A DNA stretch of 56,569 nt from Candidatus Limnocylindrus sp. (GTDB lineage Bacteria > Chloroflexota > Limnocylindria > Limnocylindrales > Limnocylindraceae): NCBI GenBank assembly GCA_040397175.1, contig JBBAWM010000005.1:1-56569 (forward strand), given 5' to 3'. Below are positions 1-8,152 of this stretch, piece by piece. A program made the position numbers and the translations under genes. The notes beneath the pieces are model-generated. The model saw nothing but the letters and a program-made list of their open reading frames with translations, ran no database searches and was not told the origin of the DNA. How positions within the stretch are numbered: position 1 is the first letter of the stretch; every line of letters begins with the position of its first letter.

Positions 1-679
1 CGCGTAGCTTGAGGACTGGGTCGCGCTCCACCACGGCGACCTTGGCGTAGCCGCCACGGAAGTTTGCCGCCACGCCACGGCCCACCGAGCCGTAGCCAAA
101 GACGGTGACGCGCTCGCCGTTGATCGTCTTATTGGTGATGCGCAGGTACGACTCCAGGGCGCTCTGCCCCACCCCGTGTTCGTTCTCGGCGAACTGCTTG
201 ATGGGGCTGTCGTTGATGACCAAGATCGGCATCTTGAGCTTGTCGCGCAGCGGCTCAAGGCGCATGCGTCCCGAGGTCGTCTCTTCAGTACCGCCACGCA
301 ACGTTGGGTATGGGTTCTGCAGGTAGTGCATGTACAGGTCACCGCCGTTATCGAGGATCAGGTCGGGCTTGGCGGCCACGACTTGGGCGAGATACGTGGC
401 GTGCACCGCGGCATCCTTGGTCGCCTCGCCGATCACCGTTACGCCATGGGATCGCAGGCGCTCAACCGCGTCGGCCTGCGTGGTGTTGAGGTTGCCGGTA
501 GAGACGAGCTTCGCGCCGCCCGCCTGCAGGGTTAGCAGCAGGGCGACCGTCTTCGCCTCCAGGTGAATGCCGGTGCCAATGGTGAGGCCGGCGAATGGCT
601 GGGTGCGGGTGAACTCTTCGGCAATGCCACGCAGCAGCTTCGACTGCTCGGCGACCCAATCAATTCGTGTGCGCTGCAT
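1..679 (-). CDS. ahcY: Adenosylhomocysteinase (SAH hydrolase), runs off the window edge
   Basis: Manual translation, not in the ORF track: MQRTRIDWVAEQSKLL...GIHLEAKT...ILDNGGDL...GGTEETTSG...VINDSPIKQFAENEHGVGQS...VFGYGSVGRG. These are SAHH motifs plus the NAD-binding GxGxxG. SD AGGGAGGG lies upstream of the ATG at 679. Confidence 0.88.
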   Translation of the reverse strand, partial: MQRTRIDWVAEQSKLLRGIAEEFTRTQPFAGLTIGTGIHLEAKTVALLLTLQAGGAKLVSTGNLNTTQADAVERLRSHGVTVIGEATKDAAVHATYLAQVVAAKPDLILDNGGDLYMHYLQNPYPTLRGGTEETTSGRMRLEPLRDKLKMPILVINDSPIKQFAENEHGVGQSALESYLRITNKTINGERVTVFGYGSVGRGVAANFRGGYAKVAVVERDPVLKLR

Positions 680-717
680 GGCGTGCCCTCCCTATGTGAG
701 AGAGATTGTGCCCTACG

Positions 718-1005
718 TCAGCGACGAACGAGCAGCGCCAGCGCCGTAATCACCGCAAGGATGGTGACCGCCGCGGCAACGCCCATGCGCGCGCTTGGGG
801 TGTCACTCGGTTCTGCCTCGGGGGTGGTCGCGTGATCGTGCTCCACCGCCCAGGCATGCGCGCTCACCTCGGCCTCCACCAGCAGGCGGCGAATCTCGGC
901 CTCGCTCCACTCCGGGTTGGGGCGCGGCGAGATTGGCTCCTCTTCAAGCGGTAGTCGTAGGGGCGTGTAGGTGTTCACGGCGCGATTGTGCAGGGTGATT
1001 GTCAA
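718..1005 (-). CDS. Small hypothetical protein with a C-terminal hydrophobic (tail-anchor-like) helix
   Basis: 95-aa ORF filling the gap between the MFS gene and ahcY on the same strand; ends GVAAAVTILAVITALALLVRR. Confidence 0.45.
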   Translation of the reverse strand: MTITLHNRAVNTYTPLRLPLEEEPISPRPNPEWSEAEIRRLLVEAEVSAHAWAVEHDHATTPEAEPSDTPSARMGVAAAVTILAVITALALLVRR

Positions 1006-1053
1006 CGCACGATAAACGCGGAATCTCCCCGATATTGGCCGTTGCCCGCTAGA

Positions 1054-2505
1054 TCACTTGCGCGCTTTTGCCGCCGCCTTCTTTGGCGCAGCCAACACCG
1101 CAGCACTTGGCAGCAAGAGGCTCGAGAGCCCGGTCAGCGCAACCGACACGAGCGGCGCCCAGATCGCTACCTCAAATGCGCCTCGCAGCCCCGCTGGGGT
1201 GAAGTTCGCGCCACCGGCATCGAAGAAGAGCACGCTGATCACGGCAACGCCGATGGCACCACCGACCTGCTGGAGGGTGTTGAGCACCCCCGAAGCTGCG
1301 CCAGCGTTCTGGACATCTGTCTGGGCAAGGGCGAGATCAGCGAGCGGCACCAGAATGAGGGTCAACCCAACTCCAGCGATCGCCAGCGGAAGGAGCAAGT
1401 CACCTCCGACCAGGCCATCGCCCTTGGTCAGGATGACCTCCTTGATCAAGGTGTAGCCGATCAGCTGCAAGACCGCGCCAATCGCAATCAGGTACTTCCC
1501 AACCTTGGAGGCCAGGGGCACAGCGATCCCGCTGCCAAAGAATGCGCCGAGGCTAAATGGCAGCGATGCGAGACCCGCATCGAGTGCCGAGAAGCCGCGG
1601 CCAGACTGCAGGTACAGGGCGAAGATCAGGAAGAAGGCGCCAATCGAGGAGACGGCCAGGAAGCTCGTCAGGACTCCGGCGGAGAATCCACGATTGTTGA
1701 ACAGTGATGGTGGAATCAACGCCCCGCCGCTCGTCTTCTCTTGACGGCGTTGCAGCGCAACAAAGATGCCGATCAACACAACGCTCGACGCGAACATGAT
1801 CCAAACCCAAACCGGCCAGCCCTGTTCTCGCCCCTGGATGAGGGGATAGATCACCAGGAAGAGCGCGGCGATAATCAGCCCAACGCCGAGCGGGTCGAGC
1901 CGTACCGGCTTCTCTGACTTGGAGTTCGGAACGAAGGCGAGGGATGCGATCAACAGCGCGATGCCAACGGGAACATTGATGACGAAGATGCTGCGCCATC
2001 CCAAGCCAAACGCATCGCTCGAAACAAGCAGGCCGCCAATGAGTGGCCCCGCAACGGCGGCGAGCCCAGAGATCGCACCAGTCAAACCGAACACCGCAGC
2101 GCGCTCTTCTGGCCTGAACAGCACCTGAATGATCGAGAGGACCTGGGGAATCATGATCGCGGCAAAGCCACCCTGCACGAGTCGCGAGATGACGAGCATG
2201 TCTGATGTTTGGGCAAAGGCGCAGCTGAGTGAGGCGAGCGTAAAGCCGAGAACGCCGATGTTGAACACTGTCTTGCGTCCATAGCGGTCACCAAGGCGAC
2301 CGCCGGTGATCAGCAAGACGGCAAAGCTGAGGGCGTATCCAGAGATGATCCACACCAGCTGGGCCGATGAGGCGCCAAGGCTTTTCTGAATCGCAGGGAG
2401 TGCCACATTGACGATCGTCGTGTCGAGAAGATCCATGAAGGATGCGACCAACAAGACCGCTACAGCGAGCCAACGGAACTTCACGACGGTTGAGTTGTTC
2501 TTCAT
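1054..2505 (-). CDS. MFS drug:H+ antiporter (DHA2, EmrB/QacA-like)
   Basis: LDTTIVNVALPAI, GRLGDRYGRK (motif A), WRSIFVINVPVG; about 14 hydrophobic segments. Confidence 0.92.
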   Translation of the reverse strand: MKNNSTVVKFRWLAVAVLLVASFMDLLDTTIVNVALPAIQKSLGASSAQLVWIISGYALSFAVLLITGGRLGDRYGRKTVFNIGVLGFTLASLSCAFAQTSDMLVISRLVQGGFAAIMIPQVLSIIQVLFRPEERAAVFGLTGAISGLAAVAGPLIGGLLVSSDAFGLGWRSIFVINVPVGIALLIASLAFVPNSKSEKPVRLDPLGVGLIIAALFLVIYPLIQGREQGWPVWVWIMFASSVVLIGIFVALQRRQEKTSGGALIPPSLFNNRGFSAGVLTSFLAVSSIGAFFLIFALYLQSGRGFSALDAGLASLPFSLGAFFGSGIAVPLASKVGKYLIAIGAVLQLIGYTLIKEVILTKGDGLVGGDLLLPLAIAGVGLTLILVPLADLALAQTDVQNAGAASGVLNTLQQVGGAIGVAVISVLFFDAGGANFTPAGLRGAFEVAIWAPLVSVALTGLSSLLLPSAAVLAAPKKAAAKARK

Positions 2506-2575
2506 GAGCAGTACACCCTCCCTACATCTATTTAAGGGGGAGTATGGCGTAAAAGCCCGCGAACCCTGCGAGCCG

Positions 2576-2606
2576 GGGGTAGCCCTGCCATGCCCGGGGT
2601 AGCCCT
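2576..2606. promoter_or_regulatory. Direct repeat GGGGTAGCCCT x2, 20-bp period; candidate regulator site for the MFS gene
   Basis: Identical 11-mers at 2576-2586 and 2596-2606 in the MFS/imuA intergenic region. Confidence 0.45.
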
Positions 2607-2633
2607 TTGGGCACGAAAACGACCCCCCACGGC

Positions 2634-2651
2634 ATAGAACAGATGTTCTAT
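2634..2651 (+). promoter_or_regulatory. LexA (SOS) box, GAAC-N4-GTTC type, overlapping the imuA -10 element (TATACT, 2649-2654)
   Basis: ATAGAAC-AGAT-GTTCTAT with perfect 7-bp arms, 13 bp upstream of the imuA ATG. Confidence 0.9.
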
Positions 2652-2664
2652 ACTCCGCCGTCCT

Positions 2665-3432
2665 ATGGCTGAGTCTGCCGCACGAATCGAGGCTGTGACC
2701 CGCCTCCAGCAGCGCTGGGGTGCAGGGATCATTCGGCGCGGGGTGGAGGTGGGTGACGCGGGTCTGCGGGTGGCACCGGCCCGTGCCACTGGGGTCGCCG
2801 CCTTCGATGCACTGCTCGGTCGGCGCGGCCTCCCCGACGGCATCACCCTGCTGCGCGGCGCCCTCGGATCTGGACGCACTACGTTGGCGTTACGCGCACT
2901 GGCTGCAACGCAAACGGCGGGTGGTGCGGCGGCATGGATCGATGCATCGCACAGCTTCGATCCGCTCGAGGCGGCAACGCGCGGCGCCTCACTGCGCGAG
3001 CTACCGATTCTGGTTCCACTACATACCGGCGAAGCAATCGAAATGGCTGGTGCCCTCTTAGCCGCCGACGCTGCAGATTTGCTGGTGCTCGACCTTTCGC
3101 TGGTGCGCGGCCCTGCGGTGCGCAGCGATGCACTCGAACGGCTCGCGGCGCGCGCCCGTCGCGCTGGTACTTCACTGATGGTGCTGCTCGATGACGCCGT
3201 TGCCGTGCATGCCGATGCGGCGGTCTCGTGTGCAGTGGTCTCGTGGTTGCGCGTTGGTGGCGATGTGCTGGGCCGTCGCGTGCTACTCACGTTAACCGCT
3301 GGTCCGCGCACGGGCGCGAGTGGCGTGGTCGATGTGTACGAGGGTCGCAACGCGCGCGCCGATCTGCGCATTGGTCGCCTACCGGTTGAGGAGGTGGCAT
3401 GCGCACCCTTGCGCTCTACTGGCCAACACTAA
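2665..3432 (+). CDS. imuA: ImuA (RecA-like mutagenesis protein)
   Basis: RecA-like N-terminus (RLQQRWGAGII), ATGVAAFDALLG..GLP, degenerate Walker A GALGSGRTT, AAWID; first gene of the SOS cassette. Confidence 0.85.
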   Translation: MAESAARIEAVTRLQQRWGAGIIRRGVEVGDAGLRVAPARATGVAAFDALLGRRGLPDGITLLRGALGSGRTTLALRALAATQTAGGAAAWIDASHSFDPLEAATRGASLRELPILVPLHTGEAIEMAGALLAADAADLLVLDLSLVRGPAVRSDALERLAARARRAGTSLMVLLDDAVAVHADAAVSCAVVSWLRVGGDVLGRRVLLTLTAGPRTGASGVVDVYEGRNARADLRIGRLPVEEVACAPLRSTGQH

Positions 3433-4469
3433 GCGGTCTTGCCGATCGTACCGAGCGGCTGCGCAGTGCGCGGCATGCGCTCGGTCGCCTTTCGCCGCTC
3501 GTGACGGGCAAGGATTCGTTTGGATTGATCGAAGTCGGCATCGACGGACTGCAGGCGCGCAGCGGCAGTGAGCGCGACATTGCGGCGATTGCACTGCGCG
3601 CCGTTGGCGTGCATCTGCGCGAGCGACCGAGCGCTGCGGTGTCGAGCAGTCGCCTGCTTGCGGTGCTGGTGGCGCGCGGCGGTGCTGGTGACGACGGCGT
3701 AGAGGTGGTGCCGCCCGGCGACGAGGCCGAACGGCTGGGGGGCTACCCGGTTGCGGCGCTGGCCTTAGGGGCGACCGAGTACGCCGACGAGAGCATGAGC
3801 GACGCCCTGGAGCGCTGCTCCCTGCTCGGCCTCCGCACCGTGGGGGCGCTTGCCCGCACGCAAGGTGCCGCCCTTGCCGCCCACGTCGGCCCCGTAGCCA
3901 GCGCCCTGCTCACGCTCGCCCGCGGCTTTGATGTGCAGGCGATCGCCCCTGCGCCGCTGCCGCGGCGCCTGCTCGCACGCGCCTCGTTCGAGATGCCGCT
4001 CACCTCGCTCGAGGAGTTCCGCTTTCCGCTGCGCCGGCTGCTCGACGAGCTACTCGTGCGCGTGCGGCGTGACGGTGCGGCGGTGGGCATTGCGCGACTC
4101 CACCTGGCGCGCGAACGTTCTGCCCCCGTGCGCGCCGTGGCGCGACTCCCCGTACCGAGCGCCGACCGCACCCAAATCGAACGCTTACTGCTCGCCTCGT
4201 TGGAGCGCGCACTCTTGCGCGGCCTCGGTGACGACGGCGTGATCAGCGCGCAGCTGCGCTTCGACGGTGTGCTCCCCGCCGCCGGTGATCAACTGACGCT
4301 GCTCGGCTCGCGCTCCCCGCGCGTGGATCGACTCGCCTGGAGCACCGCCGCGATCGCCGTGCGCTACGGCGCCGACCGCGTGATGCAGGGCGACGTGCTT
4401 GATGGCGACGATGCGCGCAGCGAACGGCGCGTTGCCTGGCGCCGCACACACCCCGAGGTGCAGGAGTGA
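3399..4469 (+). CDS. imuB: ImuB, inactive Y-family polymerase homolog lacking its C-terminal domain
   Basis: LGLRTVGAL helix-hairpin-helix, little-finger-like region, clamp-binding-like QLTLL, RYGADRV; no catalytic acidic motifs evident; lies between imuA and dnaE2. Confidence 0.8.
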   Translation: MRTLALYWPTLSGLADRTERLRSARHALGRLSPLVTGKDSFGLIEVGIDGLQARSGSERDIAAIALRAVGVHLRERPSAAVSSSRLLAVLVARGGAGDDGVEVVPPGDEAERLGGYPVAALALGATEYADESMSDALERCSLLGLRTVGALARTQGAALAAHVGPVASALLTLARGFDVQAIAPAPLPRRLLARASFEMPLTSLEEFRFPLRRLLDELLVRVRRDGAAVGIARLHLARERSAPVRAVARLPVPSADRTQIERLLLASLERALLRGLGDDGVISAQLRFDGVLPAAGDQLTLLGSRSPRVDRLAWSTAAIAVRYGADRVMQGDVLDGDDARSERRVAWRRTHPEVQE

Positions 4470-4714
4470 CGCGCGTGCTTCGTCCACCGAAGCGGGTTGA
4501 TGTGACGCTCGATAGCGGTGGCCGACCAGCAATCGTTCGGTTTGATCGGACCGTTGAACGCGTCGCGGTCGTAGAGGAGTGGCACGTCAGCGAGCGCTGG
4601 TTGCAGGTTCCCATCGATCGCCTGTACGTGAAGGTCGCAGGCTCAGCCTGGCTCATCCTGATCTTTCACGATCTCTTGACCGGCGACTGGTTCCTTGAGC
4701 GCATCTTTGATTAA
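4466..4714 (+). CDS. Stand-alone ImuB C-terminal-like domain (DUF6504-like)
   Basis: 82 aa; GTGA overlap with imuB; EEWHVSERW...DRLY...IFHD...WFLERIFD Trp pattern resembles the ImuB-C domain. Confidence 0.75.
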   Translation: MTRVLRPPKRVDVTLDSGGRPAIVRFDRTVERVAVVEEWHVSERWLQVPIDRLYVKVAGSAWLILIFHDLLTGDWFLERIFD

Positions 4715-7700
4715 TGCGCCGCGTCCAATTTCGCTGGTGCCGTTTGCCGAACTGCATGCGCGCTCGGCCTTTAGCTTTCTGCGCGCGACCGCCACGCCCG
4801 AGCAGTTGGTGGAGCAGGCGGTCGCCCTCGGCTTAAACGGACTCGCCCTGGTCGATGAGGGCTCGCTCTCTGGCGCGGTGCGCTTTGTGCGCGCCGCCGA
4901 AGCCGCTTCGCTGCCGGCGCTGCTCGGTGTGGAGTTTGAGATGGCCGACCCGGCGGTCCCCGATCGCGATGGCGTGGTGCTGCCGCTGCCGCGTGCTAGT
5001 TCTGGCGGTTCTGGTGTTGGTGCCGAGTCGAGTGCGGTCGATGGGCGCCCCGATCGCCCCCTCCCCGCGCGACAGCGACGACGGCTGAACGAACTCGTGC
5101 CGCACGCCGAGCGGCGTGGGGTGGCCGATGCCGAACTGGGGCCACGTCTGGTGCTGCTCGCCACGAACGAGGCGGGGTACCGCTCACTGGCGCGTCTCCT
5201 GAGCCGCTCCAACCTCGCCGCCAGTAAAGGGGTGACGCGCCTCACCCACGAGCTCCTCGCCGAGCACTGCGCCGAGCGACCGGGGTCGCTGCTGGTCGTC
5301 TCTCCCCTTATAGAGAGTGAGATCAGCCGCCGCCTCGCCACGGGTGACCGTGCTGGCGCCCGTGCCGCCGCAGAGCGACTCGCCGCCCTCGGTGGTTCGC
5401 TGCACCTGGAGCTGGTCGACCAGCAGCTCCCTGGTGGTGCGTGGCTGCTCGCCGAAACGATTGACCTCGCGAACGCGTGTGGCCTACCGCTGCTGGCGAG
5501 TGCCGCGCCGCGTTGCGCGCGCGCCAGCGAACGCGAACTGCTCGACGCCGTCACCGCGATTCGCCACGGCGTGCCCATGGAGCACCTTGGCCCACTGCGC
5601 TTTATTGCCGCCGATGCGCATCTGCGGACGGGCGCTGAGCTACTGACAGCGCAACCGTCGTGGGCTGCGGCCGTTGCGCGAACGGTAGAGATTGCGTCGC
5701 GTGCGGATCTGCACCTCGACTTTGCGCGCGTGCGCTTCGCCGGCATTGATCTACCCGCGGGGGTGAGTGCCGACCAGGAGTTGTCGCGACAGGTGTGGGC
5801 GGGTGTGCCTGGCCGCTACCCGAACGGTGGTGATGAGCTGGCGCGCCGCATTGCCAACGAGCTCGCAGCGATTGAGCGCACGGGGCTCGCCGAGTTCTTT
5901 CTCTTGTGCGCCGACATCGTGCGCGGCGCACATCGCGATGGCATTGCGGCGCAAGGTCGCGGCAGCGCCGGTGATTCGGTGATTGCGTATCTGCTTGGCA
6001 TTACGCGCGTGGATCCGATCAGGCACAACCTCATCTTTGAGCGATTCCTGAATGAGGGTCGCGAGTCATACCCCGATGTTGACGTGGACTTCGCCTCGGA
6101 CCGACGCGACGAGGTGATTGATGCGGTGCTCGATCGATTCGGGCCGCGCCATGTGGCGATGGTCTGTACGTTCATTACGTATCGTGCCCGGTCGGCGGCG
6201 CGCGACGTGGGGTTGGCGCTTGGCCTGCCGCAGGAGTTAGTCGACGAGGCGGCGCGTCGTCTCGAGACGGGCGACCCGGGGCAGATCGGTGCGGATCTTG
6301 CCGCCACGCCGCGGTGGGGGCGACTCTTTACCGCTGGCAGCGGCGAGGGTGCGTGGAGTCGCTGGCTGCGCCTCTGTGCTGAAATTGACGGGCTCCCCCG
6401 CCACCGCTCGCTGCACCCCGGGGGCGTGGTCGCCACCGCCGAGCCGCTCGACGAGCTCGCCCCCGTGGAGCGCTCCAGTGATGGGCGGCGCGCCGTGCTG
6501 CAGTTCGACAAGCACGACATCGAGGAGTTGAAACTGGTGAAGCTCGACCTGCTCGGCCTCGGCATCCTCACCGCCATCACCGACGCCCTGACGCTGATTG
6601 AGCACGATTTCGGCACCCAGCCGAACCTCAACGCCCTCCCCGAGGAGACCCCCGAGGTCTGGCGCGCCATCGGCGCCGCCGACACCATTGGCGTCTTTCA
6701 GATCGAGAGCCGTGCCCAGCAGCAGTCGCTGCCGCGCACGCGCCCCGTCAAGATGGACGACCTGGTCGCACAGGTCGCCATCATTCGCCCCGGCCCGATT
6801 CAAGGAAACGCGGTGCATCCGTACCTACGCCGTCGCGCTGGGCTTGAGGCGGTCACCTATCCGCATCAATCCCTTGCGCCGATTCTCGACGAGACGCTCG
6901 GCGTGATCCTCTATCAAGAACAAGTGATGCGCATCGCCATCGAGGTCGCGGGCTTTACCCCCGGCGCCTCTGATGTCTTTCGCCGCGCCATGGGCTCGGC
7001 GCGATCGGAGCGCGAGATGGCGCTGCTGCGCACACGCTTTGTTGACGGTGCCATTGCCACGGTCGGGATGCGCGAGGACGATGCGGCGGAACTCTTCACG
7101 CGCGTCGCCGCCTTCGCCTCGTTCGGCTTCGCCAAGTCGCACGCCGCCGCCTTCGCGCGCACCACCTTCGAGAGCGCCTGGTTGCGCCTGCACTATCCGG
7201 CGCACTACCTGGCTGGGCTCATTCGCGCGCAGCCGATGGGCTTCTACCCCGTTGAAGCGCTCATCCATGACGCGCGCCGCCACGGTGTTTGCGTGGAACC
7301 GGTCTGCATCAATCGATCCGCTGTTGACGCTGTTACTGAACTGCTCGCTGGCGCGCTGCAGCCCATCACGGTGGATCCGTTCATCGTGACGCCGGGCGAC
7401 GCGGAGCGCGCGGTTGCCGGATCACAACGTGCGCGTAGTGTGGCGGTGCGACTCGGGCTGAACATGGTGCGCGGCATTGGCAGCGCTACGGCACGACGGT
7501 TGGTGGCGGAGCGCGAGCGCGGCGGAGCGTTTGTGAGCCTCGATGATTTCGCGCGGCGCACCGCACTGCCGCTCAGTGCGCTGGAGCGCCTCATTCGCGC
7601 CGGCGCCTGCGACACCTTCGGCGTGCCGCGGCGCGACCTGCTCTGGCAGTCGGCCGAGGCGGGGGCGGCACTCCCGCTTCCTGTTGGTGAGGCACCGGGT

Positions 7701-8123
7701 CAGCTCACCCCGGTCAGCGCGATGGAGGCGCTCAGTGATGCCCACGGCCTCGTCGGCGCCGACCCGAAGCTGCAGCCGATCGAACTCTGGCGCGAGCGCC
7801 TCACCGCCACGGGCACGGTGACAGTTGCGGCGTTACGCCACCAGCCGCCCGGCCACGCCCGCATCGCCGGCCTGCTGCTGAGCCGCCAGCGCCCACCGAC
7901 CGCGCACGGCACCGTCTTCTTGGCGATCGAAGATGAGACCGGCATCGCCAACGTCACGATTCGTAACAACGATTGGCCGCGCATGCGCGACGCGGTGCGC
8001 GGCGCATCGCTGCTCCTGATAGAAGGGCGCTTGGAGCGCACGGGTGACGTAGCAAACCTGGTGGCCCAACGTATTGCGCCGCTCACCGCAGGGCGGCTCG
8101 GTCACAGGGAGCGCGTGGGCTAA
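4695..8123 (+). CDS. dnaE2: Error-prone DNA polymerase DnaE2 (ImuC); true start possibly GTG at 4737
   Basis: FAELHARSAFSFL PHP start, GRGSAG, PDVDVDF, KLDLLGL, FGFAKSHAAAFA, QPMGFY, RQRPPTAHG OB-fold. Confidence 0.95.
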   Translation: MSASLINAPRPISLVPFAELHARSAFSFLRATATPEQLVEQAVALGLNGLALVDEGSLSGAVRFVRAAEAASLPALLGVEFEMADPAVPDRDGVVLPLPRASSGGSGVGAESSAVDGRPDRPLPARQRRRLNELVPHAERRGVADAELGPRLVLLATNEAGYRSLARLLSRSNLAASKGVTRLTHELLAEHCAERPGSLLVVSPLIESEISRRLATGDRAGARAAAERLAALGGSLHLELVDQQLPGGAWLLAETIDLANACGLPLLASAAPRCARASERELLDAVTAIRHGVPMEHLGPLRFIAADAHLRTGAELLTAQPSWAAAVARTVEIASRADLHLDFARVRFAGIDLPAGVSADQELSRQVWAGVPGRYPNGGDELARRIANELAAIERTGLAEFFLLCADIVRGAHRDGIAAQGRGSAGDSVIAYLLGITRVDPIRHNLIFERFLNEGRESYPDVDVDFASDRRDEVIDAVLDRFGPRHVAMVCTFITYRARSAARDVGLALGLPQELVDEAARRLETGDPGQIGADLAATPRWGRLFTAGSGEGAWSRWLRLCAEIDGLPRHRSLHPGGVVATAEPLDELAPVERSSDGRRAVLQFDKHDIEELKLVKLDLLGLGILTAITDALTLIEHDFGTQPNLNALPEETPEVWRAIGAADTIGVFQIESRAQQQSLPRTRPVKMDDLVAQVAIIRPGPIQGNAVHPYLRRRAGLEAVTYPHQSLAPILDETLGVILYQEQVMRIAIEVAGFTPGASDVFRRAMGSARSEREMALLRTRFVDGAIATVGMREDDAAELFTRVAAFASFGFAKSHAAAFARTTFESAWLRLHYPAHYLAGLIRAQPMGFYPVEALIHDARRHGVCVEPVCINRSAVDAVTELLAGALQPITVDPFIVTPGDAERAVAGSQRARSVAVRLGLNMVRGIGSATARRLVAERERGGAFVSLDDFARRTALPLSALERLIRAGACDTFGVPRRDLLWQSAEAGAALPLPVGEAPGQLTPVSAMEALSDAHGLVGADPKLQPIELWRERLTATGTVTVAALRHQPPGHARIAGLLLSRQRPPTAHGTVFLAIEDETGIANVTIRNNDWPRMRDAVRGASLLLIEGRLERTGDVANLVAQRIAPLTAGRLGHRERVG

Positions 8124-8152
8124 CAAGGACGGAGTCGCCTATCCTTCTCAGC

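Noticed and set aside
680-1050. SAH riboswitch upstream of ahcY
   Set aside because: GCCGAGGTGAGCGC near 860-873 (minus strand) is only superficially similar; the GAGGAGCGCTGC...CCAGGCTC core is absent and the region reads as an ORF.
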